64,000 nucleotides of DNA from Balanoglossus misakiensis (lineage: Eukaryota; Animalia; Hemichordata): NCBI GenBank assembly GCA_040954595.2, contig CM082577.2, positions 1,736,001 through 1,800,000 of the forward strand, written 5' to 3'. The position numbers and the translations under genes are program-made. The notes below the pieces were generated by a model. The model had not been told where the DNA came from, did not search any database, and saw only the letters and a list, made by a program, of their open reading frames with translations. Shown one piece after another: positions 26,701 to 38,928 of the stretch (the first letter of the stretch is position 1; every line of letters starts with the position of its first letter).

Positions 26701-29700
26701 TGTACCTGTAGGTGATGCGAGCAGGTCTGGCAGTGTGAAGTCGCTGGACTTTGAAGAACTGAAGGACGCAGCCAGCCAATACTGGAAGTCGGACCACCAC
26801 CAGTTTGAATTCACAGAGAACATGGAGGCCATCTTGTCGATGGATCCGCTCTCGTATCACGCCATGGGTCTCGCTGTTCCTTCAACTTTCACCCAGTCGT
26901 GTGAGTAACCTCTTACAGTATACATGTGTTCAAAATAGATGTTTACTCTTTACGTCAGAGTTAGACTTGCATTTCCATGCTCCTGTTCAGTTTATACCCC
27001 TGTTGAGAGTGAAAGTGATCTGTGTTGTCCACATTGTTTTCCAGTGGAAGGTTACAGCACAGAGTTGCCATGGAGACGAAGAAGAAAGGGGAGCGATTTG
27101 CCAGATGTGCATGTAAGTTGAAGAGATTACTACTCACTTTTAAAATGTGTGAGTGTACATTTGCTGCCCTGGTTGATTATAATGAATAAAATGAGGGTAC
27201 TCAGTCTCTTTGTCCTGTGATTCTAAGAATTTTGAAAGTTAAAGCACAGGGGGAATCTGATTTTTGCCATGTACCGTAACACATGCATGTAACATGTTGT
27301 AAGCATATTATAAGCCTCACTAGGCATGTATGCATCCATCCTGAAACCAGATTGTATATATGGCAATATTTCTAATTAACACATTCATATGCCTTTCTTT
27401 GTATTAGTCGTTGAACAAGATTTTTTTTTCAGGGTGGTTGACTGAATGTTAGCTTGCATTTTACGATATGATCTGTTACTGATTTCTAACAATACTGCAC
27501 ATATTTCCATGCATTTTTCCCCCCATATTGTTTGCTTCATGCTCTGCCACTTATGCTCTCAGGACGCTGTGCAATCTAAAAGCAATGCCTTGAATCTGAA
27601 CGAACAATTACTGTGGGAGGTAATCTGGTTGTATCAATGTGTACAAATCAAACCGCTTGTCTCCCCACCCCTTAAGTGATAAGTAAAGACCCCTTGCGTT
27701 CCACTGCTTGAAGCACTGATCCAAACCCCACAATATGCATGCTATGTGGAAGCCGGCAAAGTAATTGTAAAGCCTGCACGTACCACATTTATCTGCACTA
27801 GGACGGTTTTGCCATGATCGTATGCCTGTTTTGTGATAGTAATGTAATGCATGCTTGATTATTGATATATTTGCTTGCTGTTTATTTATTTTTTCTCTGC
27901 CTGCCTGCCTGCCTGCATGTCTTCCCCACATCCATATCATATGCCACTTTATTCCACGTCACCTATCCATGCTCTGCATCGTCAGTTGGAAGGAGTAAGT
28001 TATTTTCTGACACGTCAATCCATATAATACCCAAACGGTCGTCATCCCATTCTCATCTCTGTAAAAGTCTGTAGCATTTGTAGCCACCACATTGCTTCTG
28101 AGAAAATAGCGATTTCACAGTGTTGCACGATTGCTGTTGTATGACATCAGTGATGTTACTATGGTAATGAATTCTTGACAGTTTAAATCAAGTACATATA
28201 CATTGAATCTTGAGTTTTACTCGCAACCCATGAAGATGTTATTACAACTTGTAAAATAAAATAAACTGAAGTGCATCGTCCGGAATGGAATGTTAAGTAC
28301 AAAAAAGATTTAAAGTTCAAGACTGGTCTAGACCAATCCCTGTAAATTGTTGATACATGTTATTTTCATAATTAATCTCTAGAAAATTGCATTAGACGCG
28401 TTGGCTAGGAAGATTCACAAGATGTGGGACAAAGTGGAAGATGCGGCCATTGCATCAACCGCTTTCAAGACGCCAGAACCATCAGGGGTCAGAGAAGCAA
28501 CATTCCTCACTAATGTGGAAAGTAAGTACACCAACATTGTCATCATTTGGGTTTTATTTTAACATCCTGTTCACAAAATGTCCACCTGTTTTAGGGACTG
28601 TCTGGCGGGTGTTTGTGGCACTTGTAATTTACAAGTGATAAGAACAACATATATTTGATAATATTTTGTCACTTTAGAACCTGCCCATTACTTTCTACTA
28701 GCCATACCCAGTGGGTAACCTATGACCAGCGGATTTTTATAAATCTAATTTTGTGTGAATGTTTTTTTTTAACACAGCTTCCTTGAGTCAACGAACCTCG
28801 CCAACAAAGCAGATGGTAAGTGCACTATGTCTCCCTTTTTTAAAAGAAATCATTTAATTTCATGGCAAAAGTTCCAGATGCTAGATATCTGCATAAAAAA
28901 CTGAAAAGGGACAAATGTTTTGACATATTCATTTTCAGTACACGAAGTGCATAACTCGCACAAATGTATATCATTAATTTAATTTCACCATCCCCGACTT
29001 TTCAGCCCAGTTCAAGGAAGAGCAACAGGAGTAAACAGAGCAGCCAGGCAAAGAGCAAGACGCCGTTGAATGAGAGTCCCTCACTGCTGCCACCCATTGA
29101 CACTCCAAGAGAACCCAGATCTCGACTGCTGGAGTACCATCCCAAACCCATACCACCGGCTGAAGTCTTACCGCTCACAAGAACAGTAAGTACAAGTTGC
29201 AGTTTTAAATATACATATATCGTAAATGAAATAAACCTATAGAAATGGTGTGTTGTTTCTGAACGTGAATATTTCATCTTTCTTCACACATCAATACTAA
29301 CTCCTTATAACTATAGCTTTTTCTATTTCTGTGATTCTGACAACTCTCTATAGCCTGTGGTGGTGTTTTCTGATCGAGTTGTGAGTATATTAGAAACACT
29401 GGCTACCTGCATCCCAACCCTTCTACCTATTCCAGCCAGTCTCTCCTGTTAACAGTTGAAATGTTTGTGTGAATCTTCGTGTTTGAATGTCTCGTAACCC
29501 TTGTTTATACTTTAATAATTGACATATTGCTGTCCGCTATTGCTGTGTGCAATTTCCCTGCAAAGTACAAATTTATATGCAGTGCAAATGAAACTGTACA
29601 GGTTTGAGCATGCTTGCCCTTCCTATAATGCCAGCTTTGAAAAAATCCATGTATTGGAACAAAGCATTGTGCTGTTGACTTGAACTTCACACAGTCATAT

Positions 29701-32700
29701 GCTTTGTTTCATTCCCAGAGAAACCAATCTCTGCTAGTACATGTATGTGTATTATTTATTGTGTGCATATCTACAGTGTTTGTAAGTCCCCACAATCCCT
29801 GTCCAACTCAAAGAGTACATGTATTTCTGAATGGGTGTATTTGTTACTACCTCTGTGTCAATGAAAACATTACAGTACTGCAACATATTGTCAAGCATGT
29901 ATTTTCACAACATACATACCAGAGCAGACCAAATCCACCTTTCCAAAGATTTATTCAACTGAACTCAATATTTCTCCGTCAACCAGTTCACTTTTAAATC
30001 TTCAGCATTTAAAAAAAGTATTTAAAACAAATAAAATGTAAGTAGGTTTAGCGAAATAATCCTAAGATACTTATTTATTTTTCAATCTTTCGCAGAATGT
30101 CAACAAGAAGTACCCACGAATCTCGTCCGAGTGGAACGATGTACCTGTAGAGGACAACGAACCCACTCTGAGGATTGTCAATCAAATGAATGTTGCCAAG
30201 GAAACCAATATACTGGCCTATAAAAGCAAAGAAAAGAAGAGGAAAATGCTACTGACGCCAATTTCAACCAGGGCATCTTCCAAATCAGGTTCTGTGTAAG
30301 TATTAGCTGATCCATATTGCAAGTCAGTGCATCAGCCATCTTCTCTCAATCATCTGCCCTCCATCCATCCATCCATCCATCCATCCATCCATCCTTCAGC
30401 CAGCTATTCATTCATTTATATTCACCTATCACGTCAATAATGCTGTATCTGACAAAGAGTGACTCTTCTTCTCTATCAAGAATGAAGTACAGCCAATTTC
30501 AAGTTTACCAATGCGGATTTTTTTTATGTTTCGAATGAAAGAGCTGATATGATTTTTTGTCATTTTTTTTGTATCCCAGTAACAAAGACAGGAAGTGTGA
30601 TGTACCAGACCAGCAAGCATCAGAAATGGTTGCCATGCTGAATGGAAGTAAGTAACCAGTCCTCTCCGTGTTGTCTGTTATTTTCAAAAGCTATGTCAGA
30701 TTCATGTACCAAACTGTAAGGAGCTACCATAAATATATGCTCATGAATCTCAATGTATGTGTTGTAAAGTTTTTGGTATTTTCTTGTTTTTTTATCAGAG
30801 AATCAGAAGACAGTTAAACTGGAAAGAGAAAGCTTAAAGTGGAAAAGAATAGAGGTGAGAAAACTGGCATTTACCTGTTCACTATCATAGTTTGGTCCAG
30901 CTCCATTGTGTACAGTGACAAAGTTGGATCGCTACATTGGTAAACAGGAGTGAAGGGTTATTCATAAATTCATGAGTATACAGCATTTATATCCATTTGC
31001 GACAACATTACAGAGTCAGGTGTGTCGTTGAACTACATGTACTGGCTGATTTTAATGATGATTTTGGTCTTGTTTCAGGCAATTACTGATAAACTTTACT
31101 CTGACAGAGTTGATGAGAGACTAGATGCGGCCAAAGTAAGAAATATATTCCTCCTTGTATATTGCAAAGTTTTAAAAAATGATAGTGAAAAGAAACTCAT
31201 TTACCATTTGAAACTAAGGATTTTTTCTGCTTCTACAAGTTGATACATTATGCCTTGTGTTCATGTATGTGCTTGCTTGGCCAAAAATGTCAAATTATTG
31301 TTATTTATGACCTTTTTTTGACCCATACTTTCCTATCTTCTTGCAGCACCTTGGAACGCTAAGAGTGAATAATGATGATGTACTGCTGTGTCTCAAAGAA
31401 AAGGTGAGGTTCAAAACCAGTTGTTCTGTCTGTATATCAACCCTTTCACTGCCATGGTTTGGTCCAAATCCATTGTTTTGTGTGGTAGAGTTGGACCTCT
31501 ACAGAGGGAAATAGGGTGAAAGGGTCTGTGGACAATCATTGTTTACTTGTATATCAGGGATTTTATCAGGCTAAGTATGCTTGTTGTCAAAGTGTCTTCC
31601 TGATAAGGAAGAGTGTGTTCATTCTCTGAGTAACACAACCGTTCTCTCTATGATTCAGGTCATGATGGACCCCGATCGCAGGGTGAAATACGAAGCGGCT
31701 AAATCCATGATATCTCTAGGTTTCCACGACGAACCAGCAGTCAAAGTGATCGTAGCCAATCTGATGCACGGTGGTGAAGCCATCAGACAAGATCTTCTGG
31801 ACACTCTGATGAATGCAAAGGATATACAGTACATTGATCCAGTGAGTTTCTTATGGCGTTTGCTGTCTGTCTTTGTGTTGATCATACATTTTGTGGCTAT
31901 TGCCCTATTGGTTGCTATTGCCCCATCCCTGTCAAGGTTTTCTTAAATTTGAGTTGCCACTGACACTGAGAAGACGATAAAAACATCTTTAAAGCATTTA
32001 TGTATATCTACAACTGTTCAGAATCGTACATGCACAACATACATGTATCTCTGTCTTTTGTTTTCTCTTAATTTTCACCTGTGTTTTTGGTTTCAGAAAA
32101 TGCCGGCCTATGAGCAGTTGCTGGTCGTGTTGAAAGGTCTATGTCAGCTGTCACACGAGTCCAATTCTGTAGCGTTCAGCGCCGCCATCTGCCTCGGTTG
32201 CCTTGGCGTTCGGGATGCTGTCGCTATGGAGACGCTGCTCAACAGTCTGGATTCCAAAGACAGCTGCATCACTGCAAAGGTGAGTGAAATGTTAAATCCT
32301 CTTTCTTCCAGATGTAATTACACAGGAAGCTACCATGGGTTTGGAACACTTAACTACCAAGTCTGGATTTGTTGCAATCTGTCATGGATTTCCCATAGGG
32401 TACTTTGACAGAGTAAATCAGACTGCACCAGTGTTGGGTGCCTAAGCAGAGCATTTAGCTATATTTCAGGAAAATTGTATGTTCTCATGTACATAATTTA
32501 TGGTCACTCTTGTTTCAGTCTTTAGAAATCCTGGTCAGACAGATGCTTGTTTCTGGCAAGAGAGTGATTCAAGTGATCCTGCACCAGCTGCAAAAATCCA
32601 GCGTTTGGAAGCACAGAGCTGCTGCGGCCAAACTCTTGGTTTACATTGGTAAGTATCAGAGAGAGTGCGGAGGAGGGGGGGGGGTCAAGGGGGAGGAGGA

Positions 32701-34127
32701 AGGAGACAGGCAGACAGATGGAAATTCCACAAGGTGTTCTTCAATGTGTGTATGTCTTTTGTATAACAATATGGTGACTGTTACGCCTTGTATATATTGC
32801 ATTGCAGGTCCTCATGATGTGTGTGACCCAGCTCATGTTGACGAAGTGTTTGCCATCCTGGAACACAGATTATGGAAAGATCCAAGCAAGGTGGGTAGAA
32901 AACTTTGTTCAGGTGCTGCACATGTACCTCAGTTCATCAGTGTACTATTATATTTGGTATGTGCTGTAAAAACAAGAAATACCTGAAGCATTTGCAGTTG
33001 TGATCGACAAAATGGGGCACATGAAAAGTAAACACACATTAAGCACATTCACCTAATAATTACAGACACAGATCATCTGAAAGAAGTGGGTTGATGTTGT
33101 CGTTTCAGGAAGTCAAGAAAGAGATAGCCAACACAATGATGTCACTCGGGATGAGAGACTGGATATGGGGAGTTGTGGAAAAGTAAGTGATCATGTGTGT
33201 TCTTCAGTCGATCATGTCAACAACATTGTCAGTGTGTATTTCAGCAATTCCACTTTTGTCAGCAAAGTATATAAAACTAGCTGGTTACACAGGCATGTGA
33301 GTTGTATGCAGGATCAGTTTGTATACCAAGTGTCCATTGGTTGTTATGATTCTTGTGATGAGGATAAAACTGAAGTTAAACTGTACTATGTGTTCAGCAG
33401 TGATTTATGTACTGAGAAATCTTAATCCATTTGTTCTTTATTTTCCCTGATCTGATTTCTCTTTTTTTTCTATACTCTAGGAAATTGGAAGACGATAGTG
33501 ATGATGTCAGAGCACAGGGAGCCATTGCTGTGGTGAGTCTTCATTAGTTCTTTTTGTTAATTATTTTCTAGAGTCTCTCCATGGACATTTTGTACAACCT
33601 TGGCCTGTTTTTTGTTTTCTTTCTTCCTGACAGGGTGTTCTGGGAATCAAGACGGATAAGATCGTCCGCACCCTTCTGGAGATGCTGGAGTTGGATTCCA
33701 GCGAGTTTGTCCGGTTGCACGTGATCCGGACGTTTGCACAGCTGGGAATGACGGATATCAAGATCATGCGAAGTCTCCGGGAAAGAGAGAGAACAGAGGG
33801 GCCACTAGCCAGGTGAGAAAAAAACCAGCCAGGCGGTGTTGAGAATTCATTTTATGCAAGATAGTCATTAGACTGAAACTGAAGATTCAGCCCTGTGTGG
33901 GCGACCCGACATGCCTATAACCCTTAACAGGAATTGCTGGAGTGCCTGCACAGGACTGAATGCACACTTGTATGTAATGTATGTAATGTGTTTTGATTCG
34001 CAGGGAAGCTGGCAAAGCTCTGAAACTGCTGTCTGAGATCAGGTCACACCAGTTGCCAAGAAGTCCTTCAAGAAGCCCCCTCAAGAGTCCGTCGCCCAAC
34101 TTGTCAAGAAATATGCTTGGCATATGA
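23794..34127 (+). CDS. HEAT-repeat protein, HEATR9-like, with long N-terminal coiled-coil/disordered extension (~1126 aa)
   Basis: Exons: 23794-23934, 24164-24310, 24417-24584, 24813-25374, 25646-25821, 26044-26143, 26712-26900, 27045-27112, 28383-28521, 28778-28815, 29006-29185, 29354-29380, 30096-30295, 30580-30647, 30799-30854, 31079-31135, 31347-31403, 31659-31841, 32097-32279, 32519-32648, 32808-32890, 33109-33182, 33481-33532, 33634-33812, 34004-34127 (3381 nt, open). C-terminal HEAT units (VKYEAAKSMISLG, FSAAICLGCLG, HRAAAAKLLVYIG, VRAQGAIAVGVLG) resemble recalled vertebrate HEATR9. AATAAA at ~34430. Confidence 0.8.
30361..30394 (+). repeat. (CCAT)n microsatellite
   Basis: About 8 tandem tetramers. 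Confidence 0.85.
31439..31525. mobile_element. ~90-bp mini-MITE (AACCCTTTCAC...GTGAAAGGGT); related copies at ~30873-30960 and partial at ~12787-12820
   Basis: Inverted termini plus shared internal CAT(G/A)GTTTGGTCCA core in three intronic locations; CCC termini next to AA/TTA are reminiscent of piggyBac-type MITEs (inference). Confidence 0.5.
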
Positions 34128-34625
34128 GAAGAAACAGGAAAAATGAAAGAGAACTTCAAAGTATTTTATAGCGTTACATGGGATATGACAAACTGCCGAT
34201 GGATGGCTTCGAAGACAAAACAGTGTGAATTTGTTGCATTTTGTACGACACCTTCAGCTATTGATGAAACCTTGCCTTATTCAACAAATTTATGTACAAA
34301 ATCATGTCCCCAAATTTTGGTCCATATATTCTTTCTATTAGCAAAAAATATGCAAAAAAATATCATTTTTATGATCATCTTTATTTTATTGCTATCGCTA
34401 CATGTATATATTCTGTATCATACTTTTGCAAATAAAGTCTAATTTTATGAACTGACACCTATCAGTGAATTCTTGGGTACAATTCATTTGGACGTAATGT
34501 TTTTGGATGAAATGTTGGTTTTAGATTGTCTTGGGAGAGCAGCCATTTCCAGCGGGTTTTGCCATCATATCATAAAGCGTCACTGCACCGATATACATGT
34601 ACATGTATGTGTTGTTTTTACAAAC

Positions 34626-37600
34626 TTGAAAAAAATCATGATGTATAACCCATGAAAAATGTTCAAAAAGGCCCAAAATATCAAAATCCGGCAAGTCGAA
34701 AATTGGTCATTTTTTGAAAAAAAATCATGATGTATAACCTATGAAAAATGTTCAAAAAGGCCCAAAATATCAAAATCCGGCAAGTCGAAAATTGGTCATT
34801 TTTTGAAAAAAAATCATGATGTATAACCCATGAAAAATGTTCAAAAAGGCCCAAAATATCAAAATTCGGCAAGTCGAAAATTGGTCATTTTTTGAAAAAA
34901 ATCATGATGTATAACCCATGAAAAATGTTCAAAAAGGCCCAAAATATCAAAATTCGGCAAGTCGAAAATTGGTCATTTTTTGAAAATAATCATGATGTAT
35001 AACCCATGAAAAATGTTCAAAAAGGCCCAAAATATCAAAATTCGGCAAGTCGAAAATTGGTCATTTTTTGAAAAAAATCATGATGTATAACCCATGAAAA
35101 ATGTTCAAAAAGGCCCAAAATATCAAAATTCGGCAAGTCGAAAATTGGTCATTTTTTGAAAATAATCATGATGTATAACCCATGAAAAATGTTCAAAAAG
35201 GCCCAAAATATCAAAATTCGGCAAGTCGAAAATTGCAAGTCGAAAATTGGTCATTTTTTGAAAAAATCATGATGTATAACCCATGAAAAATGTTCAAAAA
35301 GGCCCAAAATATCAAAATGCGGCAAGTCGAAAATTGGTCATTTTTAAAAAAAATCATGATGTATAACCCATGAAAAATGTTCAAAAAGGTCCAAAATATC
35401 AAAATGCGGCAAGTCGAAAATTGGTCATTTTTTGAAAAAATCATGATGTATAACCCATGAAAAATGTTCAAAAAGGCCCAAAATATCAAAATCCGGCAAG
35501 TCGAAAATTGGTCATTTTTTGAAAAAATCATGATGTATAACCCATGAAAAATGTTCAAAAAGGCCCAAAATATCAAAATCCGGCAAGTCGAAAATTGGTC
35601 ATTTTTTGAAAAAAATCATGATGTATAACCCATGAAAAATGTTCAAAAAGGCCCAAAATATCAAAATCCGGCAAGTCGAAAATTGGTCATTTTTTGAAAA
35701 AATCATGATGTATAACCCATGAAAAATGTTCAAAAAGGCCCAAAATATCAAAATCCGGCAAGTCGAAAATTGGTCATTTTTTGAAAAAATCATGATGTAT
35801 AACCCATGAAAAATGTTCAAAAAGGTCCAAAATATCAAAATTCGGCAAGTCGAAAATTGGTCATTTTTAAAAAAAATCATGATGTATAACCCATGAAAAA
35901 TGTTCAAAAAGGTCCAAAATATCAAAATTCGGCAAGTCGAAAATTGGTCATTTTTTGAAAAAATCATGATGTATAACCCATGAAAAATGTTCAAAAAGGC
36001 CCAAAATATCAAAATCCGGCAAGTCGAAAATTGGTCATTTTTTGAAAAAAATCATGATGTATAACCCATGAAAAATGTTCAAAAAGGCCCAAAATATCAA
36101 AATTCGGCAAGTCGAAAATTGGTCATTTTTTGAAAAAATCATGATGTATAACCCATGAAAAATGTTCAAAAAGGCCCAAAATATCAAAATCCGGCAAGTC
36201 GAAAATTGGTCATTTTTTGAAAAAAATCATGATGTATAACCCATGAAAAATGTTCAAAAAGGCCCAAAATATCAAAATTCGGCAAGTCGAAAATTGGTCA
36301 TTTTTTGAAAAAATCATGATGTATAACCCATGAAAAATGTTCAAAAAAGCCCAAAATATCAAAATTCGGCAAGTCGAAAATTGGTCATTTTTTGAAAAAA
36401 TCATGATGTATAACCCATGAAAAATGTTCAAAAAAGCCCAAAATATCAAAATTCGGCAAGTCGAAAATTGGTCATTTTTTGAAAAAATCATGATGTATAA
36501 CCCATGAAAAATGTTCAAAAAGGCCCAAAATATCAAAATCCGGCAAGTCGAAAATTGGTCATTTTTTGAAAAAAATCATGATGTATAACCCATGAAAAAT
36601 GTTCAAAAAGGCCCAAAATATCAAAATCCGGCAAGTCGAAAATTGGTCATTTTTTGAAAAAATCATGATGTATAACCCATGAAAAATGTTCAAAAAGGCC
36701 CAAAATATCAAAATCCGGCAAGTCGAAAATTGGTCATTTTTTGAAAAAATCATGATGTATAACCCATGAAAAATGTTCAAAAAGGCCCAAAATATCAAAA
36801 TCCGGCAAGTCGAAAATTGGTCATTTTTTGAAAAAAATCATGATGTATAACCCATGAAAAATGTTCAAAAAGGCCCAAAATATCAAAATTCGGCAAGTCG
36901 AAAATTGGTCATTTTTTGAAAAAAATCATGATGTATAACCCATGAAAAATGTTCAAAAAGGCCCAAAATATCAAAATTCGGCAAGTCGAAAATTTGTCAT
37001 TTTTTGAAAAAATCATGATGTATAACCCATGAAAAATGTTCAAAAAGGCCCAAAATATCAAAATTCGGCAAGTCGAAAATTTGTCATTTTTTGAAAAAAT
37101 CATGATGTATAACCCATGAAAAATGTTCAAAAAGGCCCAAAATATCAAAATCCGGCAAGTCGAAAATTGGTCATTTTTTGAAAAAAATCATGATGTATAA
37201 CCCATGAAAAATGTTCAAAAAGGCCCAAAATATCAAAATTCGGCAAGTCGAAATTTGGTCATTTTTTGAAAAAATCATGATGTATAACCCATGAAAAATG
37301 TTCAAAAAGGCCCAAAATATCAAAATTCGGCAAGTCGAAAATTGGTCATTTTTTGAAAAAATCATGATGTATAACCCATGAAAAATGTTCAAAAAGGCCC
37401 AAAATATCAAAATCCGGCAAGTCGAAAATTGGTCATTTTTTGAAAAAAATCATGATGTATAACCCATGAAAAATGTTCAAAAAGGCCCAAAATATCAAAA
37501 TTCGGCAAGTCGAAAATTGGTCATTTTTTGAAAAAATCATGATGTATAACCCATGAAAATGTTCAAAAAAGCCCAAAATATCAAAATTCGGCAAGTCGAA

Positions 37601-38928
37601 AATTGGTCATTTTTTGAAAAAAATCATGATGTATAACCCATGAAAAATGTTCAAAAAGGCCCAAAATATCAAAATCCGGCAAGTCGAAATTTGGTCATTT
37701 TTTGAAAAAATCATGATGTATAACCCATGAAAAATGTTCAAAAAGGCCCAAAATATCAAAATTCGGCAAGTCGAAAATTGGTCATTTTTTGAAAAAAATC
37801 ATGATGTATAACCCATGAAAAATGTTCAAAAAGGCCCAAAATATCAAAATCCGGCAAGTCGAAAATTGGTCATTTTTTGAAAAAATCATGATGTATAACC
37901 CATGAAAAATGTTCAAAAAGGCCCAAAATATCAAAATTCGGCAAGTCGAAAATTGGTCATTTTTTGAAAAAATCATGATGTATAACCCATGAAAAATGTT
38001 CAAAAAGGCCCAAAATATCAAAATTCGGCAAGTCGAAAATTGGTCATTTTTTGAAAAAATCATGATGTATAACCCATGAAAAATGTTCAAAAAGGCCCAA
38101 AATATCAAAATTCGGCAAGTCGAAAATTGGTCATTTTTTGAAAAAAATCATGATGTATAACCCATGAAAAATGTTCAAAAAGGCCCAAAATATCAAAATT
38201 CGGCAAGTCGAAAATTGGTCATTTTTTGAAAAAAATCATGATGTATAACCCATGAAAAATGTTCAAAAAGGCCCAAAATATCAAAATTCGGCAAGTCGAA
38301 AATTGGTCATTTTTTGAAAAAAATCATGATGTATAACCCATGAAAAAAGTTCAAAAAGGCCCAAAATATCAAAATTCGGTAAGTCGAAAATTGGTCATTT
38401 TTTGAAAAAATCATGATGTATAACCCATGAAAAATGTTCAAAAAGGCCCAAAATATCAAAATCCGGCAAGTCGAAAATTGGTCATTTTTTGAAAAAAATC
38501 ATGATGTATAACCCATGACAAATGTTCAAAATGGCCCAAAATATCAAAATTCGGCAAGTCGAAAATTGGTCATTTTTTGAAAAAATCATGATGTATAACC
38601 CATGAAAAATGTTCAAAAAGGCCCAAAATATCAAAATTCGGCAAGTCGAAAATTGGTCATTTTTTGAAAAAATCATGATGTATAACCCATGAAAAATGTT
38701 CAAAAAGGCCCAAAATATCAAAATTCGGCACGTCGAAAATTGGTCATTTTTTGAAAAAATCATGATGTATAACCCATGAAAAATGTTCAAAAAGGCCCAA
38801 AATATCAAAATCCGGCAAGTCGAAAATTGGTCATTTTTTGAAAAAATCATGATGTATAACCCATGAAAAATGTTCAAAATGGCCCAAAATATCAAAATTC
38901 GGCAAGTCGAAAATTGGTCATTTTTTGA
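34626..38928. repeat. Tandem satellite, 87/88-bp unit, ~49 near-identical copies
   Basis: Unit GAAAAAA(A)TCATGATGTATAACCCATGAAAAATGTTCAAAAAGGCCCAAAATATCAAAAT(C/T)CGGCAAGTCGAAAATTGGTCATTTTTT, read directly. Confidence 0.98.

Noticed and set aside
34681-38895. Repetitive minus-strand ORFs (MIFWAFLNIFHGLYIMIFSKNDQFSTCRIL...)
   Set aside because: By-product of an 87-bp (29-codon) satellite unit; the frame breaks at every 88-bp unit, and there is no splice or promoter context.
34626-38928. CRISPR-like array
   Set aside because: Units are head-to-tail with no unique spacers, there are no cas genes, and the context is eukaryotic.
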